The notes below the pieces were generated by a model that was given only the letters and a program-made list of their open reading frames with translations, did not search any database and was not told the origin of the DNA. Below are positions 20,556 to 29,971 of a stretch of 64,000 bases of DNA, piece by piece. Position 1 is the first letter of the stretch; every line of letters starts with the position of its first letter. Source of the DNA: a phage. Both the position numbers and the translations under genes were made by a program. The DNA lies in the NCBI GenBank assembly GCA_036253495.1, contig GCA_036253495.1_4125.1. One strand, 5' to 3'.

Positions 20556-20834
20556 ATGAATTTACAAAGAGATGTGTGGACATATGAATATCTTTTAGAA
20601 CTTTATGGTGATATGTATATTAAAAATAAACCATACATAGACGATATAAGGGCTATGATAGATGATTTTTCTTCTGAGTTTATTCCACTTTATACTAATA
20701 AAGAAGTTACACATAAATCAATGAATAAATCAGGTATCATTGATGAAATTGATTTTGATACACATGGTGTGTATTTTTATATTATTTTCTCCAATGATAC
20801 TGTTGGTATATACACGTATAAAGAATTAAAATAA
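20556..20834 (+). CDS. hypothetical protein
   Basis: ORF track; terminator downstream. Confidence 0.65.
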   Translation: MNLQRDVWTYEYLLELYGDMYIKNKPYIDDIRAMIDDFSSEFIPLYTNKEVTHKSMNKSGIIDEIDFDTHGVYFYIIFSNDTVGIYTYKELK

Positions 20835-20839
20835 GTACA

Positions 20840-20867
20840 GGCCAGCATGGATTGCTGGTCTTTTTTG
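20840..20867 (+). terminator. rho-independent terminator
   Basis: Hairpin ccagca/tgctgg followed by TTTTTT. Confidence 0.6.
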
Positions 20868-20877
20868 TAGGTACATT

Positions 20878-21177
20878 ATGGACAAAATACAATTAGTTAG
20901 TAGTACTATAACAATGCTTGCTGATGTTGCCAGATGGAGCAGTGGTGGTTCCGTTAGTACTATGCTCGGTATACTCACGCAATACACCTATACATGCAAT
21001 GGAATGTTATATGGTAAGGAGGTTGAAATTGATGATCCCTATGGAATTCCCATATCATATGACCGAGGTGTAATAAAAAGGGTTACTCTGAGACTAACAT
21101 ATCATCCATATTTTGTAGTAGAACTTCCAGATGGAAAATTAAGAGAATATGTTGCTAAAAGGTTAAAACTAAAATGA
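20878..21177 (+). CDS. hypothetical protein
   Basis: ORF track. Confidence 0.65.
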   Translation: MDKIQLVSSTITMLADVARWSSGGSVSTMLGILTQYTYTCNGMLYGKEVEIDDPYGIPISYDRGVIKRVTLRLTYHPYFVVELPDGKLREYVAKRLKLK

Positions 21178-21752
21178 ATATTGTAGAATTAAGTACTAAG
21201 CTGATTACTATGCGTAACGAGTGGTACAATTGGTATTATAACGGTACTGACATGGATTTTTCAAAATATCCATTTATGGAATCAGGATGTGATTCAAGAT
21301 ACCGCTGGTTGAGTAAAGATGATTCTGGTTTACATATTCGAGTTGATGATAGTGGTCAGGGAATTATAAAAGATTTACTTCAAGTTGAAGAACTCGTCCA
21401 TGATGAGTGGTGTGATAATGATCCATACCTAGGAAATATAATTTATGTAACTGAAGATGATTGTATATTCGTCATTCAGCGTCATGGTGATTCTATGTTT
21501 TATATAGCAGACAGCAGTACACCTGAAGGTGCAGCATCAGATGGTCTTATTCCTAAGATTAATATATTAGATTTTGGCTTACCTGAGCACTTCCAGATGA
21601 GTACTCTATTCGATATTCCACCGTTTGAGTTCTTTGACGAATTTAAATTGTACTACAGTGATCTTCAGAAATTGAGTACAGAGAGTCGTATTGAAATAAC
21701 TGTCAGGTACATGGACGGGGCAAAATTAACCGACACGGGGATAGAATTTTGA
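21174..21752 (+). CDS. hypothetical protein, FQ-motif paralog family
   Basis: ORF track; motif PEHFQMSTL. Confidence 0.65.
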   Translation: MNIVELSTKLITMRNEWYNWYYNGTDMDFSKYPFMESGCDSRYRWLSKDDSGLHIRVDDSGQGIIKDLLQVEELVHDEWCDNDPYLGNIIYVTEDDCIFVIQRHGDSMFYIADSSTPEGAASDGLIPKINILDFGLPEHFQMSTLFDIPPFEFFDEFKLYYSDLQKLSTESRIEITVRYMDGAKLTDTGIEF

Positions 21753-22438
21753 TTAAAGATTTAGATAGAATTTTATATGTACTAAGGGGTGTAATTACTT
21801 TACAACCACAGATTAACCGCATGGAGAGAGCCTTTGAATTAAAATCAAGAGAAACTCCATATTCACATATATCAAATGTAGTTGGCTCATTCTGCTCTGA
21901 AGACTCTGCATATGATATATATGTGTGTGAAGTACAGCCCAGTAATGATCTTGGTTTTGCAATCTTCGATAAAAATCAAGTACTGGTCAGTATGTTTCAG
22001 TGCAATAATCCTTTCTGGAAAACATGCCTGTACCCTGATTGGGCTATGCTTGACCCTACGAAGAGTAAGATTAAAGTATATGACTCTAAGAATGAAGAAG
22101 TTGTTATTGATTTGGATGAATCAATGACAGAGGAAGAACACTTCCAGCTTATGATGATGCGTGCGATGCCAGACTATGAAGCAATGATTAACACAGTACA
22201 ATACATTAAGGATACGATGAGATCATTGTGTAATCATGAGTTTTGTCATCCAGTATCTTATGAACATTTGGATTTAGATTTCAGTACTATCAAGTTTAAA
22301 GATAGTGTTATTGAATATATCCAAGAGAACACTAAATTTGATTTTATTAGTACAATGACAAATAATCCAAATACTAATTTCAGGCATCAGTACAATGAAT
22401 CTTTGTCTAATGGTCGAGATACCAGTTGGTGGAAATAA
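21749..22438 (+). CDS. hypothetical protein, FQ-motif paralog family
   Basis: ORF track; motif TEEEHFQLMM. Confidence 0.65.
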   Translation: MIKDLDRILYVLRGVITLQPQINRMERAFELKSRETPYSHISNVVGSFCSEDSAYDIYVCEVQPSNDLGFAIFDKNQVLVSMFQCNNPFWKTCLYPDWAMLDPTKSKIKVYDSKNEEVVIDLDESMTEEEHFQLMMMRAMPDYEAMINTVQYIKDTMRSLCNHEFCHPVSYEHLDLDFSTIKFKDSVIEYIQENTKFDFISTMTNNPNTNFRHQYNESLSNGRDTSWWK

Positions 22439-22439
22439 T

Positions 22440-22703
22440 ATGAATATCCAAGATAGATTGCAATTGTTGCACACACTTGAAGAAGCTGCTTTTGAACTTG
22501 TTAATAAAATTGCACAAGAACTCCCAAAAGGAACCAACATTCGTGTTCGTGAAATGGATTATTTAACGGGAGAAATTGAAGAAAAAGTTCTAACAGTGAT
22601 CAAAGTAACATACTATGAATCAGAGTTATCAATTCAATGTAAGTCAGATAATGGTTACGTTTCCTACTATGGCACAGATGTAGATATAGAGGTAATTAGA
22701 TGA
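22440..22703 (+). CDS. hypothetical small protein
   Basis: Track ORF 22395..22703 trimmed to ATG just after upstream stop. Confidence 0.55.
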   Translation: MNIQDRLQLLHTLEEAAFELVNKIAQELPKGTNIRVREMDYLTGEIEEKVLTVIKVTYYESELSIQCKSDNGYVSYYGTDVDIEVIR

Positions 22704-23845
22704 GTAATTTACGAGAAATATACAATGATTTAATGGAACTATGTGAATCTAATGATGCATTTTTCTATATAGATCACACAAGCCCTGGTGGTGGTTTATA
22801 CCGTGTATTCACCTATCGTCTGGCATCTTATACCGATTTCACAAATAAAAATGCACTAGAAACTCGTGGTTCTATGTGGGAAATTGATTCCAACGGAATT
22901 ATGATTCGTTGTGCAGCACGTACAATGAAAAAGTTCTTCAATGCATATGAAAACCCGTACACAATGTTCAGTACTGATACTACCTGTGATGATATTGCGG
23001 TTGTAATGCCTAAGCTAGATGGATCTATCATCAGCACATTCCGTGATAATGATGGTGAAATCCGTTGCAAATCACACACTTCGTTATCTTCTGACCATGC
23101 TATTAACAGTACTCGACTTTTGAACGAGAACCAAAATCTCTATCAATACATTGATGAAGCAGACCGTTTGGGCTATACTGTGAATCTGGAATACACAAGC
23201 CCAGAGTATCGAATTGTGTTACCATATCAGGTGGAACAGTTATTTGTTCTTAACGTTCGTCATCGTATTAGTGGTGAGTTGTTATGCGGTAAAGCACTAC
23301 GTGATAAGTTTCCATGCCTTTCACAGTACAGTACTAATATGACAGGTAATGACATTCATCATACATTCCCGATTATGCCTACATTTAAAGAGTCAATCGA
23401 TAAAGTACGTTCTATGATTGACATTGAAGGTTTTGTGTGTATAATGAAAGATGGTACAATGTGCAAAATCAAAACTGACTGGTATTGCTCTTTGCATTTA
23501 ACAAAAGATTCCATTCTTATTGATTCCCATTTATATGAAGCTGTACTGACTGGTGCAAGTGATGACTTAAAACAATTGTTCAGTACTGATACATATGCTA
23601 TGGATAAGATATTAAGAATGGAACAATTGGTATTTTCGTGCTATAATGCTTTACAAGATGAGGTAGAAAGCTTCGTCCATGCATACAAGCACTTAGAGCG
23701 AAAGGAATTCGCACAAAAGGTTCAGCAAGATTTACCGAATGTATTGAACCGACAAGGCTTGGCCTTTGCGTTGTACAATGGCAAAAGTGTCGATTATAAA
23801 GAGACTTTACTAAAGTACTACAAAGATGTACTAAAGGATTTTTAG
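22700..23845 (+). CDS. rnlA: RNA ligase 1 (T4 RnlA-like)
   Basis: 381 aa; nucleotidyltransferase motif I KxDG (VMPKLDGSI); N-terminal and C-terminal blocks (EIYNDLMELCE, IMKDGTMCKIKTDWY, GASDDLKQLF) colinear with T4 RNA ligase 1 as recalled. Confidence 0.85.
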   Translation: MSNLREIYNDLMELCESNDAFFYIDHTSPGGGLYRVFTYRLASYTDFTNKNALETRGSMWEIDSNGIMIRCAARTMKKFFNAYENPYTMFSTDTTCDDIAVVMPKLDGSIISTFRDNDGEIRCKSHTSLSSDHAINSTRLLNENQNLYQYIDEADRLGYTVNLEYTSPEYRIVLPYQVEQLFVLNVRHRISGELLCGKALRDKFPCLSQYSTNMTGNDIHHTFPIMPTFKESIDKVRSMIDIEGFVCIMKDGTMCKIKTDWYCSLHLTKDSILIDSHLYEAVLTGASDDLKQLFSTDTYAMDKILRMEQLVFSCYNALQDEVESFVHAYKHLERKEFAQKVQQDLPNVLNRQGLAFALYNGKSVDYKETLLKYYKDVLKDF

Positions 23846-23874
23846 TACTAACTAGCCCAGCACAAGGAGAAGTG

Positions 23875-24129
23875 ATGGCTAAACCTAAGTATAAAAATGA
23901 TGGTTCCCTTTCTCCTACTGAGTTCAGGAAAATACAACAAGAAATCGATGATTTACAGCACAAACGCTCAATGAAAGGTGTGAAGATTAGTAAGAAGCGA
24001 ATCGAGAATACTTTTGGGTGTAGTAGTACTGAATATAAGAAGAAAAGGAAACCAAAGGATGTTAAGCCGAGAATACATGATGTAACTCGCTATACATCAA
24101 AACGTGAAAATAAATTCGATCCACTATAA
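23875..24129 (+). CDS. small basic protein, hypothetical
   Basis: Track ORF trimmed to ATG with AAGGAGAAG RBS; Lys/Arg-rich. Confidence 0.6.
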   Translation: MAKPKYKNDGSLSPTEFRKIQQEIDDLQHKRSMKGVKISKKRIENTFGCSSTEYKKKRKPKDVKPRIHDVTRYTSKRENKFDPL

Positions 24130-24138
24130 GGAGTTCAT

Positions 24139-24375
24139 ATGAAAGTTGAAGTTCAGCATAGTATTGTTCAGGATATGTCAGTGGTTAAGTTTCTTTCTCT
24201 GAAAGATTACTTCAGATGTATCAAGTTCCTTGAAGAATCTCAATTACAGTGGACCCCCTTAAAGTACAGTTCATCCAATGACACTGCTAGTATTCGTTGT
24301 GATGAAGCTGTACTTGTAAAAATCTCCAAGCGATTTGGAGTTGGGAAATACAATGAAAAACAATCATTCAAGTGA
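24139..24375 (+). CDS. hypothetical protein
   Basis: ORF track. Confidence 0.6.
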   Translation: MKVEVQHSIVQDMSVVKFLSLKDYFRCIKFLEESQLQWTPLKYSSSNDTASIRCDEAVLVKISKRFGVGKYNEKQSFK

Positions 24376-24607
24376 TTTGTTATATTATAAAGTACTATCA
24401 GAATGTTTGACAGATGTATTGTACCGTGAGAGTAATACTCTACGTGCAAAATATATTAACAAAAGAGTACGTTATAAATCATCTTATGATGGGATGAATG
24501 TTTATGGTAAAATCACTAATGTATATGTAGATGATGATTTTACATTGAATATCACTGTCGATAATTGTATTGGTATCTCAATTGATGATATTATTGAGGT
24601 AATCTAA
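24353..24607 (+). CDS. small protein, IG-motif paralog family
   Basis: Track ORF 24335..24607 trimmed to internal ATG; LRAKYINKRVRY. Confidence 0.55.
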   Translation: MKNNHSSDLLYYKVLSECLTDVLYRESNTLRAKYINKRVRYKSSYDGMNVYGKITNVYVDDDFTLNITVDNCIGISIDDIIEVI

Positions 24608-24918
24608 TGAATAAAGCATTAAAAGAACTTCATAATTTAATGAATGCAGAAATTGAATTAACTAATACTATTTCTGAAATTGTTCATGATATGATTACAC
24701 AATACAAGAAATCACTCATTGGTAAGAAAGTTGAATGCTGGGATTACAACACTAAAACATGGTTCGAAACTATCATTAGTGATGTTAATGTTAAATTTCA
24801 TGTAGTTACTCATCACATTTCTGACGAGTGCTATGTAGAAGTAACTATAGGACACAACACGCGACATGAACGTTTTTCGTGGTACAATCTAAAGAATGTG
24901 AAATTTATTGAGGATTAA
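24607..24918 (+). CDS. small protein, IG-motif paralog family
   Basis: 103 aa; KKSLIGKKVEC. Confidence 0.6.
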   Translation: MNKALKELHNLMNAEIELTNTISEIVHDMITQYKKSLIGKKVECWDYNTKTWFETIISDVNVKFHVVTHHISDECYVEVTIGHNTRHERFSWYNLKNVKFIED

Positions 24919-25851
24919 ATGCCAACTATTACACTAACAGTTGGATTGCCAGGATGTGGTAAAACCACGTGGGCAGTGCAAGAAATTAAAAAAGCAAAGT
25001 CCAAGACTATCAACATCAACCGTGATGATATTCGAGAGTCTATGGCTGGGTCACATGATGCTTATAAATTCACTGATGCGAACGAGAAGTACGTAACTAA
25101 TCAACAGTTCAGTGCAGCAAACGCCGCAGCAGCGAATGGATGGAACATTATTGTGTCCGATACGAACCTGAAACAAGGTTTTCGTGATGAATGGAAACGT
25201 TGGGCTAAAGATAATGGCTACGACTACAAAGAAAAGAACTTCTACGAAGATTTTGTACCGAATGAAGACCGTGGTGCAGATGTTCATGAATTCTTTAAGA
25301 TTAAGGAATTCGTGAAGCTCTGTAAGAAACGCAACCTTCTTCGTGAGCGTTCAGTACAAGATGAAATCATTGACACTATGGCAGATACGTACTATTATAG
25401 TAAGGCGATGCACATTGGTTACTATGGTAATGCACGTGAAGCTGCTATCATTGTTGATATCGACGGTACTCTTGCTCATAAGTGGGGACGTAACCCGTTT
25501 GATGAAAGTACTGTCCTTCAGGATACACCAGATGAAGAAGTAATTCTGTCTGTCATTGCTGAGGCTGTTTTCCATAAGCGTAAGGTAATCGTCATGAGTG
25601 GGCGTACTGAAGGGTGTCGTGCTGATACTGAACAGTGGCTTAAGAATTGGGGCATTCCCTACGATGTATTGTTAATGCGAGCTATCGATGATAAACGTCC
25701 TGATGATGTTGTCAAATTCGAGTTGTATATGAATAACGTTGTTAATCATTACGATGTTAAGAAAGTATTTGATGACAGGGCCGCCGTTGTATTCATGTGG
25801 CGTAAGCTACTAGGCTTGAAAGTATTTCAGGTGGAACCTGGACTATTTTGA
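24919..25851 (+). CDS. pseT: polynucleotide 5-prime kinase / 3-prime phosphatase (T4 Pnk-like)
   Basis: 310 aa; N-terminal P-loop GLPGCGKTT; C-terminal HAD phosphatase motif IVDIDGTLA; colinear with T4 Pnk as recalled. Confidence 0.85.
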   Translation: MPTITLTVGLPGCGKTTWAVQEIKKAKSKTININRDDIRESMAGSHDAYKFTDANEKYVTNQQFSAANAAAANGWNIIVSDTNLKQGFRDEWKRWAKDNGYDYKEKNFYEDFVPNEDRGADVHEFFKIKEFVKLCKKRNLLRERSVQDEIIDTMADTYYYSKAMHIGYYGNAREAAIIVDIDGTLAHKWGRNPFDESTVLQDTPDEEVILSVIAEAVFHKRKVIVMSGRTEGCRADTEQWLKNWGIPYDVLLMRAIDDKRPDDVVKFELYMNNVVNHYDVKKVFDDRAAVVFMWRKLLGLKVFQVEPGLF

Positions 25852-25857
25852 TTATTA

Positions 25858-25892
25858 CAAAGGGATCAGTACTGATCCCTTTTCTTTTAATT
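25858..25892 (+). terminator. rho-independent terminator built on a perfect 20 nt palindrome
   Basis: agggatcagtactgatccct (perfect inverted repeat with CAGTACTG core and two GATC sites) followed by a T-rich tract. Confidence 0.7.
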
Positions 25893-25903
25893 TAGGTGAT
25901 ATA

Positions 25904-26164
25904 ATGGATAATAGTTATGATGTACATTTCAAACAATGCCAGTTGGTTTTACACTCCCTAATGGAAGAGTTGCGAATCAAGTACATAGGCAAAATTGCTA
26001 CATGTTTATCAACTGGAAGACGTGGGCAAATTGTAGAGATTTATTATTCTCCACTTAGTGATGAAATTAAAATAAAAGCTAAAATATTCCTAACTGGATC
26101 TAACAATTTCTTGGGTGAACATATGGTAAAAATTATCTCTGAATTATCGATAACGGATGAATAA
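25904..26164 (+). CDS. small protein, IG-motif paralog family
   Basis: 86 aa; LRIKYIGKIATC. Confidence 0.65.
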   Translation: MDNSYDVHFKQCQLVLHSLMEELRIKYIGKIATCLSTGRRGQIVEIYYSPLSDEIKIKAKIFLTGSNNFLGEHMVKIISELSITDE

Positions 26165-26166
26165 AC

Positions 26167-26433
26167 ATGGATATTAATAAAGATTTTAGATTTATCAATT
26201 CGCATATACAAGTACTGAAAACATTAGTAAAACAAGTATCAGAAAAATACACAGGAACTTATGTTAGATGTGCTTTTGATGCAAATGACTGGCAACGAAT
26301 TATAAAAATAGATTCAGTTTATCTTGATACAAATAATAGTATTACAGTTTCAGGTATTGATATGTATGGTCATCGATATCAATTTACTACAAGAGCCACA
26401 ATAACTACAGTGGATGGATATGAATACGAATGA
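26167..26433 (+). CDS. small protein, IG-motif paralog family
   Basis: 88 aa; VSEKYTGTYVRC. Confidence 0.65.
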   Translation: MDINKDFRFINSHIQVLKTLVKQVSEKYTGTYVRCAFDANDWQRIIKIDSVYLDTNNSITVSGIDMYGHRYQFTTRATITTVDGYEYE

Positions 26434-26719
26434 ATTCCAAGCATTATTGAAAACATTATATCTTCTTAAAGAAGAATCTCTTGCAATGTATAATGAAAAA
26501 CAATACAAGTTTGAAGAACAACTCATTCATTTTCATGATGAATATCTTGACTTTTTGAATAAAAAATACTCAAATGTTCAGTGCAAATATCGAGGTAGTG
26601 ATGTTATTATTACCGAAATCGAATCCAGTACTTACGGATATCCATACCTTTGTTGCAAATATATCCCAAGTAATATAACATTTCGCTCAAGAATGTATTC
26701 GAGGTTTATTTTTTCATGA
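26414..26719 (+). CDS. small protein, probable family member
   Basis: 101 aa; ORF track. Confidence 0.6.
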   Translation: MDMNTNEFQALLKTLYLLKEESLAMYNEKQYKFEEQLIHFHDEYLDFLNKKYSNVQCKYRGSDVIITEIESSTYGYPYLCCKYIPSNITFRSRMYSRFIFS

Positions 26720-26997
26720 ATAATGATTCATTGAAGTTTTTTTATTATCATTATCGTATTTTACGTAGTTTATATTTTTCAGAATCCGATGAAAGATTAC
26801 TAACATCATTATCAGTACTGATGGATAATTACGAGAACGAATTATCAAAAGTGGTTTTTGGTGTCAATGTTCTAGATGATACCGATTTAACATGGACAAT
26901 TATTGAAGTGGCGACCTGGAATGGTAATATTTTGTACAGGTGCGAACGAGCAGGTTTTTTATGGGATGCAACATATGACGAGATTAGAATTGTATGA
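26716..26997 (+). CDS. small protein, probable family member
   Basis: 93 aa; ATGA overlap. Confidence 0.6.
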   Translation: MNNDSLKFFYYHYRILRSLYFSESDERLLTSLSVLMDNYENELSKVVFGVNVLDDTDLTWTIIEVATWNGNILYRCERAGFLWDATYDEIRIV

Positions 26998-27274
26998 CAG
27001 GCAAGTGAAATTGATAAGAGATACTCGTCGTTTCTTTCATACTCAATTAGTAGACCCATGTTATGATATTTCCGATTTCCTTGAAACCTATCTCCTTGAT
27101 CTAACTACACCACTGCTTAAAAAATACGTAGGAACAAAAGCTATATATCTTGGAAGAGAAGTTGAAATTACCAACATATCATATTCTTATGGGGCATACA
27201 TGTATACGGCAAAATCTGATAATGGACAAAGATATTATGCAATACGATCAAGAGAACTTACTATTATTGGATAG
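26975..27274 (+). CDS. small protein, IG-motif paralog family
   Basis: Track ORF 26903..27274 trimmed to internal ATG; LKKYVGTKAIYLGREVEI. Confidence 0.55.
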   Translation: MTRLELYDRQVKLIRDTRRFFHTQLVDPCYDISDFLETYLLDLTTPLLKKYVGTKAIYLGREVEITNISYSYGAYMYTAKSDNGQRYYAIRSRELTIIG

Positions 27275-27302
27275 GCATCTTGCTATTCTTATCGACCTTG
27301 TG

Positions 27303-27566
27303 ATGGAAAGTGATGTAAAAATTTTTGAAAGTAGATTTCTTGAGGATTATAAAACTGAATTGCAAGAACTGTACAAAGGTAAAAAAGTATTACTTAGTAC
27401 TGGTGACTATGGTAAAATTGAGTACGTGTATTATGAATGGAAAAAGGTTATATATTTTATAAAAACCAAAATAAAATACCAAAATAAAACAAGAACCTAT
27501 AAAGCATATTACGATTCAAATGAGATAGAGATTATATATGACCAACACGTTAATAACAAAAAGTGA
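27303..27566 (+). CDS. small protein, IG-motif paralog family
   Basis: Track ORF 27150..27566 trimmed to first ATG after upstream stop; ELYKGKKVLL; start uncertain. Confidence 0.5.
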   Translation: MESDVKIFESRFLEDYKTELQELYKGKKVLLSTGDYGKIEYVYYEWKKVIYFIKTKIKYQNKTRTYKAYYDSNEIEIIYDQHVNNKK

Positions 27567-27861
27567 ATTAGATTATTTGAATTATATAAACAGATACTTT
27601 CTGATTCTATATAATATACTTCTTGAAGAACAATGCACTAAATCAAACCATCAGTTATATAACTATATTAACTGTATAATTAGTGAAATATATGAATCAT
27701 TGGAAAAGAGATTTAAGTACAGAACTATTAAGTGCGAAGATGATATTGTATATATTCATGGTGTTTTTGGTACAGGATATGGAATATTCGTTGATTATAA
27801 AATACACCCATTTGATCCGTACATAGAAAATAGTATGTACATAGAAGAGATTGAACTATGA
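27538..27861 (+). CDS. hypothetical small protein
   Basis: ORF track. Confidence 0.6.
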   Translation: MTNTLITKSELDYLNYINRYFLILYNILLEEQCTKSNHQLYNYINCIISEIYESLEKRFKYRTIKCEDDIVYIHGVFGTGYGIFVDYKIHPFDPYIENSMYIEEIEL

Positions 27862-28175
27862 CACAAGAAGAATATAATAAATTAATAATGTACGAGAATC
27901 ATTTTAATTATTGTCTGAAATGGTTATTGTACATTGATAACGTTGAGATGGATATGTACAGAAAAGAGGTGAATAAACGTGTTAAAGATTTCTATTACGA
28001 ATTGACTGATCTTTTTTATAATAATGTAGTATATGAAGCAAATACCAGTCGTGATTATGACCTTTATATCAAGCAAATATGGGGTACTGACTACGGTCTG
28101 ATGATTGATTGCAGTACTGATGTTAATACAGACAGACCCAGTACTACATTGTATCTGGATGAGATTTTCATATGA
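27858..28175 (+). CDS. hypothetical small protein
   Basis: ORF track; ATGA overlap. Confidence 0.6.
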   Translation: MTQEEYNKLIMYENHFNYCLKWLLYIDNVEMDMYRKEVNKRVKDFYYELTDLFYNNVVYEANTSRDYDLYIKQIWGTDYGLMIDCSTDVNTDRPSTTLYLDEIFI

Positions 28176-28474
28176 ATGAACTATTACTTTGTCATAAAAC
28201 ATACATTATGCTATTCAGAACGTGCCATGATATGCGAATTGAGGGGATACTAGACTACCCAACTATGATGATTAACTTCAGGGTGTTAATGGATTCATAT
28301 TCACAATCTGTTATTGATGCATTTGAAGGTAGAGAAATAAAGTTCAAAAATGCCAGGACAAATAATGAGCTATGTGATACAATTAAATCAGTGGGGATTT
28401 CGGTTCCAAATGTGTACGTAATCCCATTGATGTACGGAAAAGTAGTATCCACTAACGAAATTATTAGTATATGA
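28172..28474 (+). CDS. hypothetical small protein
   Basis: ORF track. Confidence 0.6.
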   Translation: MNELLLCHKTYIMLFRTCHDMRIEGILDYPTMMINFRVLMDSYSQSVIDAFEGREIKFKNARTNNELCDTIKSVGISVPNVYVIPLMYGKVVSTNEIISI

Positions 28475-28770
28475 TTAAAACATTATATGAAGCAGAAGAA
28501 ACATATAAACTTCTGTGGGAAACTTTTATTTTTGACAAATACTATAATAGAACTGAATGGTTAGAGGTAAGTAAAATATATCTTCAAATTTTAAATGATT
28601 ATTTTTGTCCGTTCGTTGCTGAATGTAAAAATAATCCAATTGAAGAAATTAATATAATCGAAATAGTAGATGGGTTTGGTGCGTGGTTGATATACCAAGA
28701 CAACTATCACTTTTCTAATTATATCGAAGATATCGGTAAAATAATTGTAATTAAAGGAGTCATACTATGA
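28471..28770 (+). CDS. hypothetical small protein
   Basis: ORF track. Confidence 0.6.
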   Translation: MIKTLYEAEETYKLLWETFIFDKYYNRTEWLEVSKIYLQILNDYFCPFVAECKNNPIEEINIIEIVDGFGAWLIYQDNYHFSNYIEDIGKIIVIKGVIL

Positions 28771-29384
28771 TTTATGCACTATACGTACTATACGTACTTG
28801 GTCTGGTTATTGGTTGGTTTTTGGCAAAATCTTACAACCGTAATGCACTGGCATACACAGTATTTGGTATTATTTTTACGCCAGTACTAGAACTAGGTTT
28901 ACTAATTATTATGGGTCGCCGTGACATGACACCAGTCATTGACGATAATCGTGATAAAGCAGTACATGATGTACCAGTTTTTGAAGGATATACGCCAACT
29001 TTAACTGTTGATGACGTTTACATTGATGGTGCTGCTGAAGAAGTTAAATCAGTTCAGGAAGAAGTTGAAGAAGTTCCAGTAAAAGAAGAACCACAACCAA
29101 AAGCATCAACAACTAAAACAAAAGCAAAAACTTCTAAGAAAACAAAAGGTCGCAAGACTAGCACTAAAAATACCAAAAAAACCAGTACAACTCGCAAAAG
29201 CACTAAAACTGATAAGGAAGCATCTTCCAGTACTACCAGTACTGATGATGGTACAAGCACTGTTCTACTGACAGCAGCAACAACTGCCGCAATTATCAGT
29301 ACTTCATCCTATAGCGACTCATCTTCCTCTTATGACAGTGGCTCTTGTGATAGTTCAAGCTCAAGTTCAGGAAGCTGTGATTAA
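28767..29384 (+). CDS. membrane-anchored protein with Lys/Thr/Ser-rich low-complexity tail
   Basis: 205 aa; two N-terminal hydrophobic helices, acidic linker, then KASTTKTKAKTSKKTKGRKTSTKNTKK... and Ser/Cys-rich C terminus. Confidence 0.6.
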   Translation: MIYALYVLYVLGLVIGWFLAKSYNRNALAYTVFGIIFTPVLELGLLIIMGRRDMTPVIDDNRDKAVHDVPVFEGYTPTLTVDDVYIDGAAEEVKSVQEEVEEVPVKEEPQPKASTTKTKAKTSKKTKGRKTSTKNTKKTSTTRKSTKTDKEASSSTTSTDDGTSTVLLTAATTAAIISTSSYSDSSSSYDSGSCDSSSSSSGSCD

Positions 29385-29728
29385 TGGTTCCGTTATCATC
29401 TGAACTAAGGTACTTCGAATCTCTCCTTGATCTTCAATCAGAATTCGTTAGTACCTTAAAAAATAAATTAATAGGCAAAAAAGTAAAATTCACTCAAGAG
29501 TATATTGACCACATCAATAAGGCTAAGGAGGATGAAGTAGATTCTGACTGGATTTATTGTGATGATGAAGCTTCTCATATCAACGAAAATACAGTTATGT
29601 TTATTACTTTGTTGCGAGTAAAGAATTCATCAATCTATGTTGATGTTGAATATGAAAATCCAAAAAGTTCTGAATGGTACGGATTCACTTACCGTTTAGA
29701 TCGTTTAGAACTAATAGAAGAGGAATAA
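29384..29728 (+). CDS. small protein, IG-motif paralog family
   Basis: 114 aa; LKNKLIGKKVKF. Confidence 0.6.
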   Translation: MVPLSSELRYFESLLDLQSEFVSTLKNKLIGKKVKFTQEYIDHINKAKEDEVDSDWIYCDDEASHINENTVMFITLLRVKNSSIYVDVEYENPKSSEWYGFTYRLDRLELIEEE

Positions 29729-29971
29729 ATGATTTTATTTTTTGCTTTGTATGGTGTAGGAGTACTGAGTACATTTATCAGTACTTTTCTTATCATCAAT
29801 TGGGGTTCTTTTAAAGATACCCCTACCACAATGATTAATATTAGTACCTGCTCTATGTTATCAGTACTGTGGCCTGTGTCGTTGGTGTATCTTTTCATTT
29901 CAATCTGTAAAGATTTTTACGATACACTAACAAAATTCAAGAAGAAGAAACATGACAAAGACGGAAATTGA
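29729..29971 (+). CDS. small membrane protein
   Basis: 80 aa; two hydrophobic segments. Confidence 0.55.
   Translation: MILFFALYGVGVLSTFISTFLIINWGSFKDTPTTMINISTCSMLSVLWPVSLVYLFISICKDFYDTLTKFKKKKHDKDGN

Noticed and set aside
23598-23963. 121 aa minus-strand ORF
   Set aside because: Antisense to the 3-prime end of rnlA and the following gene; no support.
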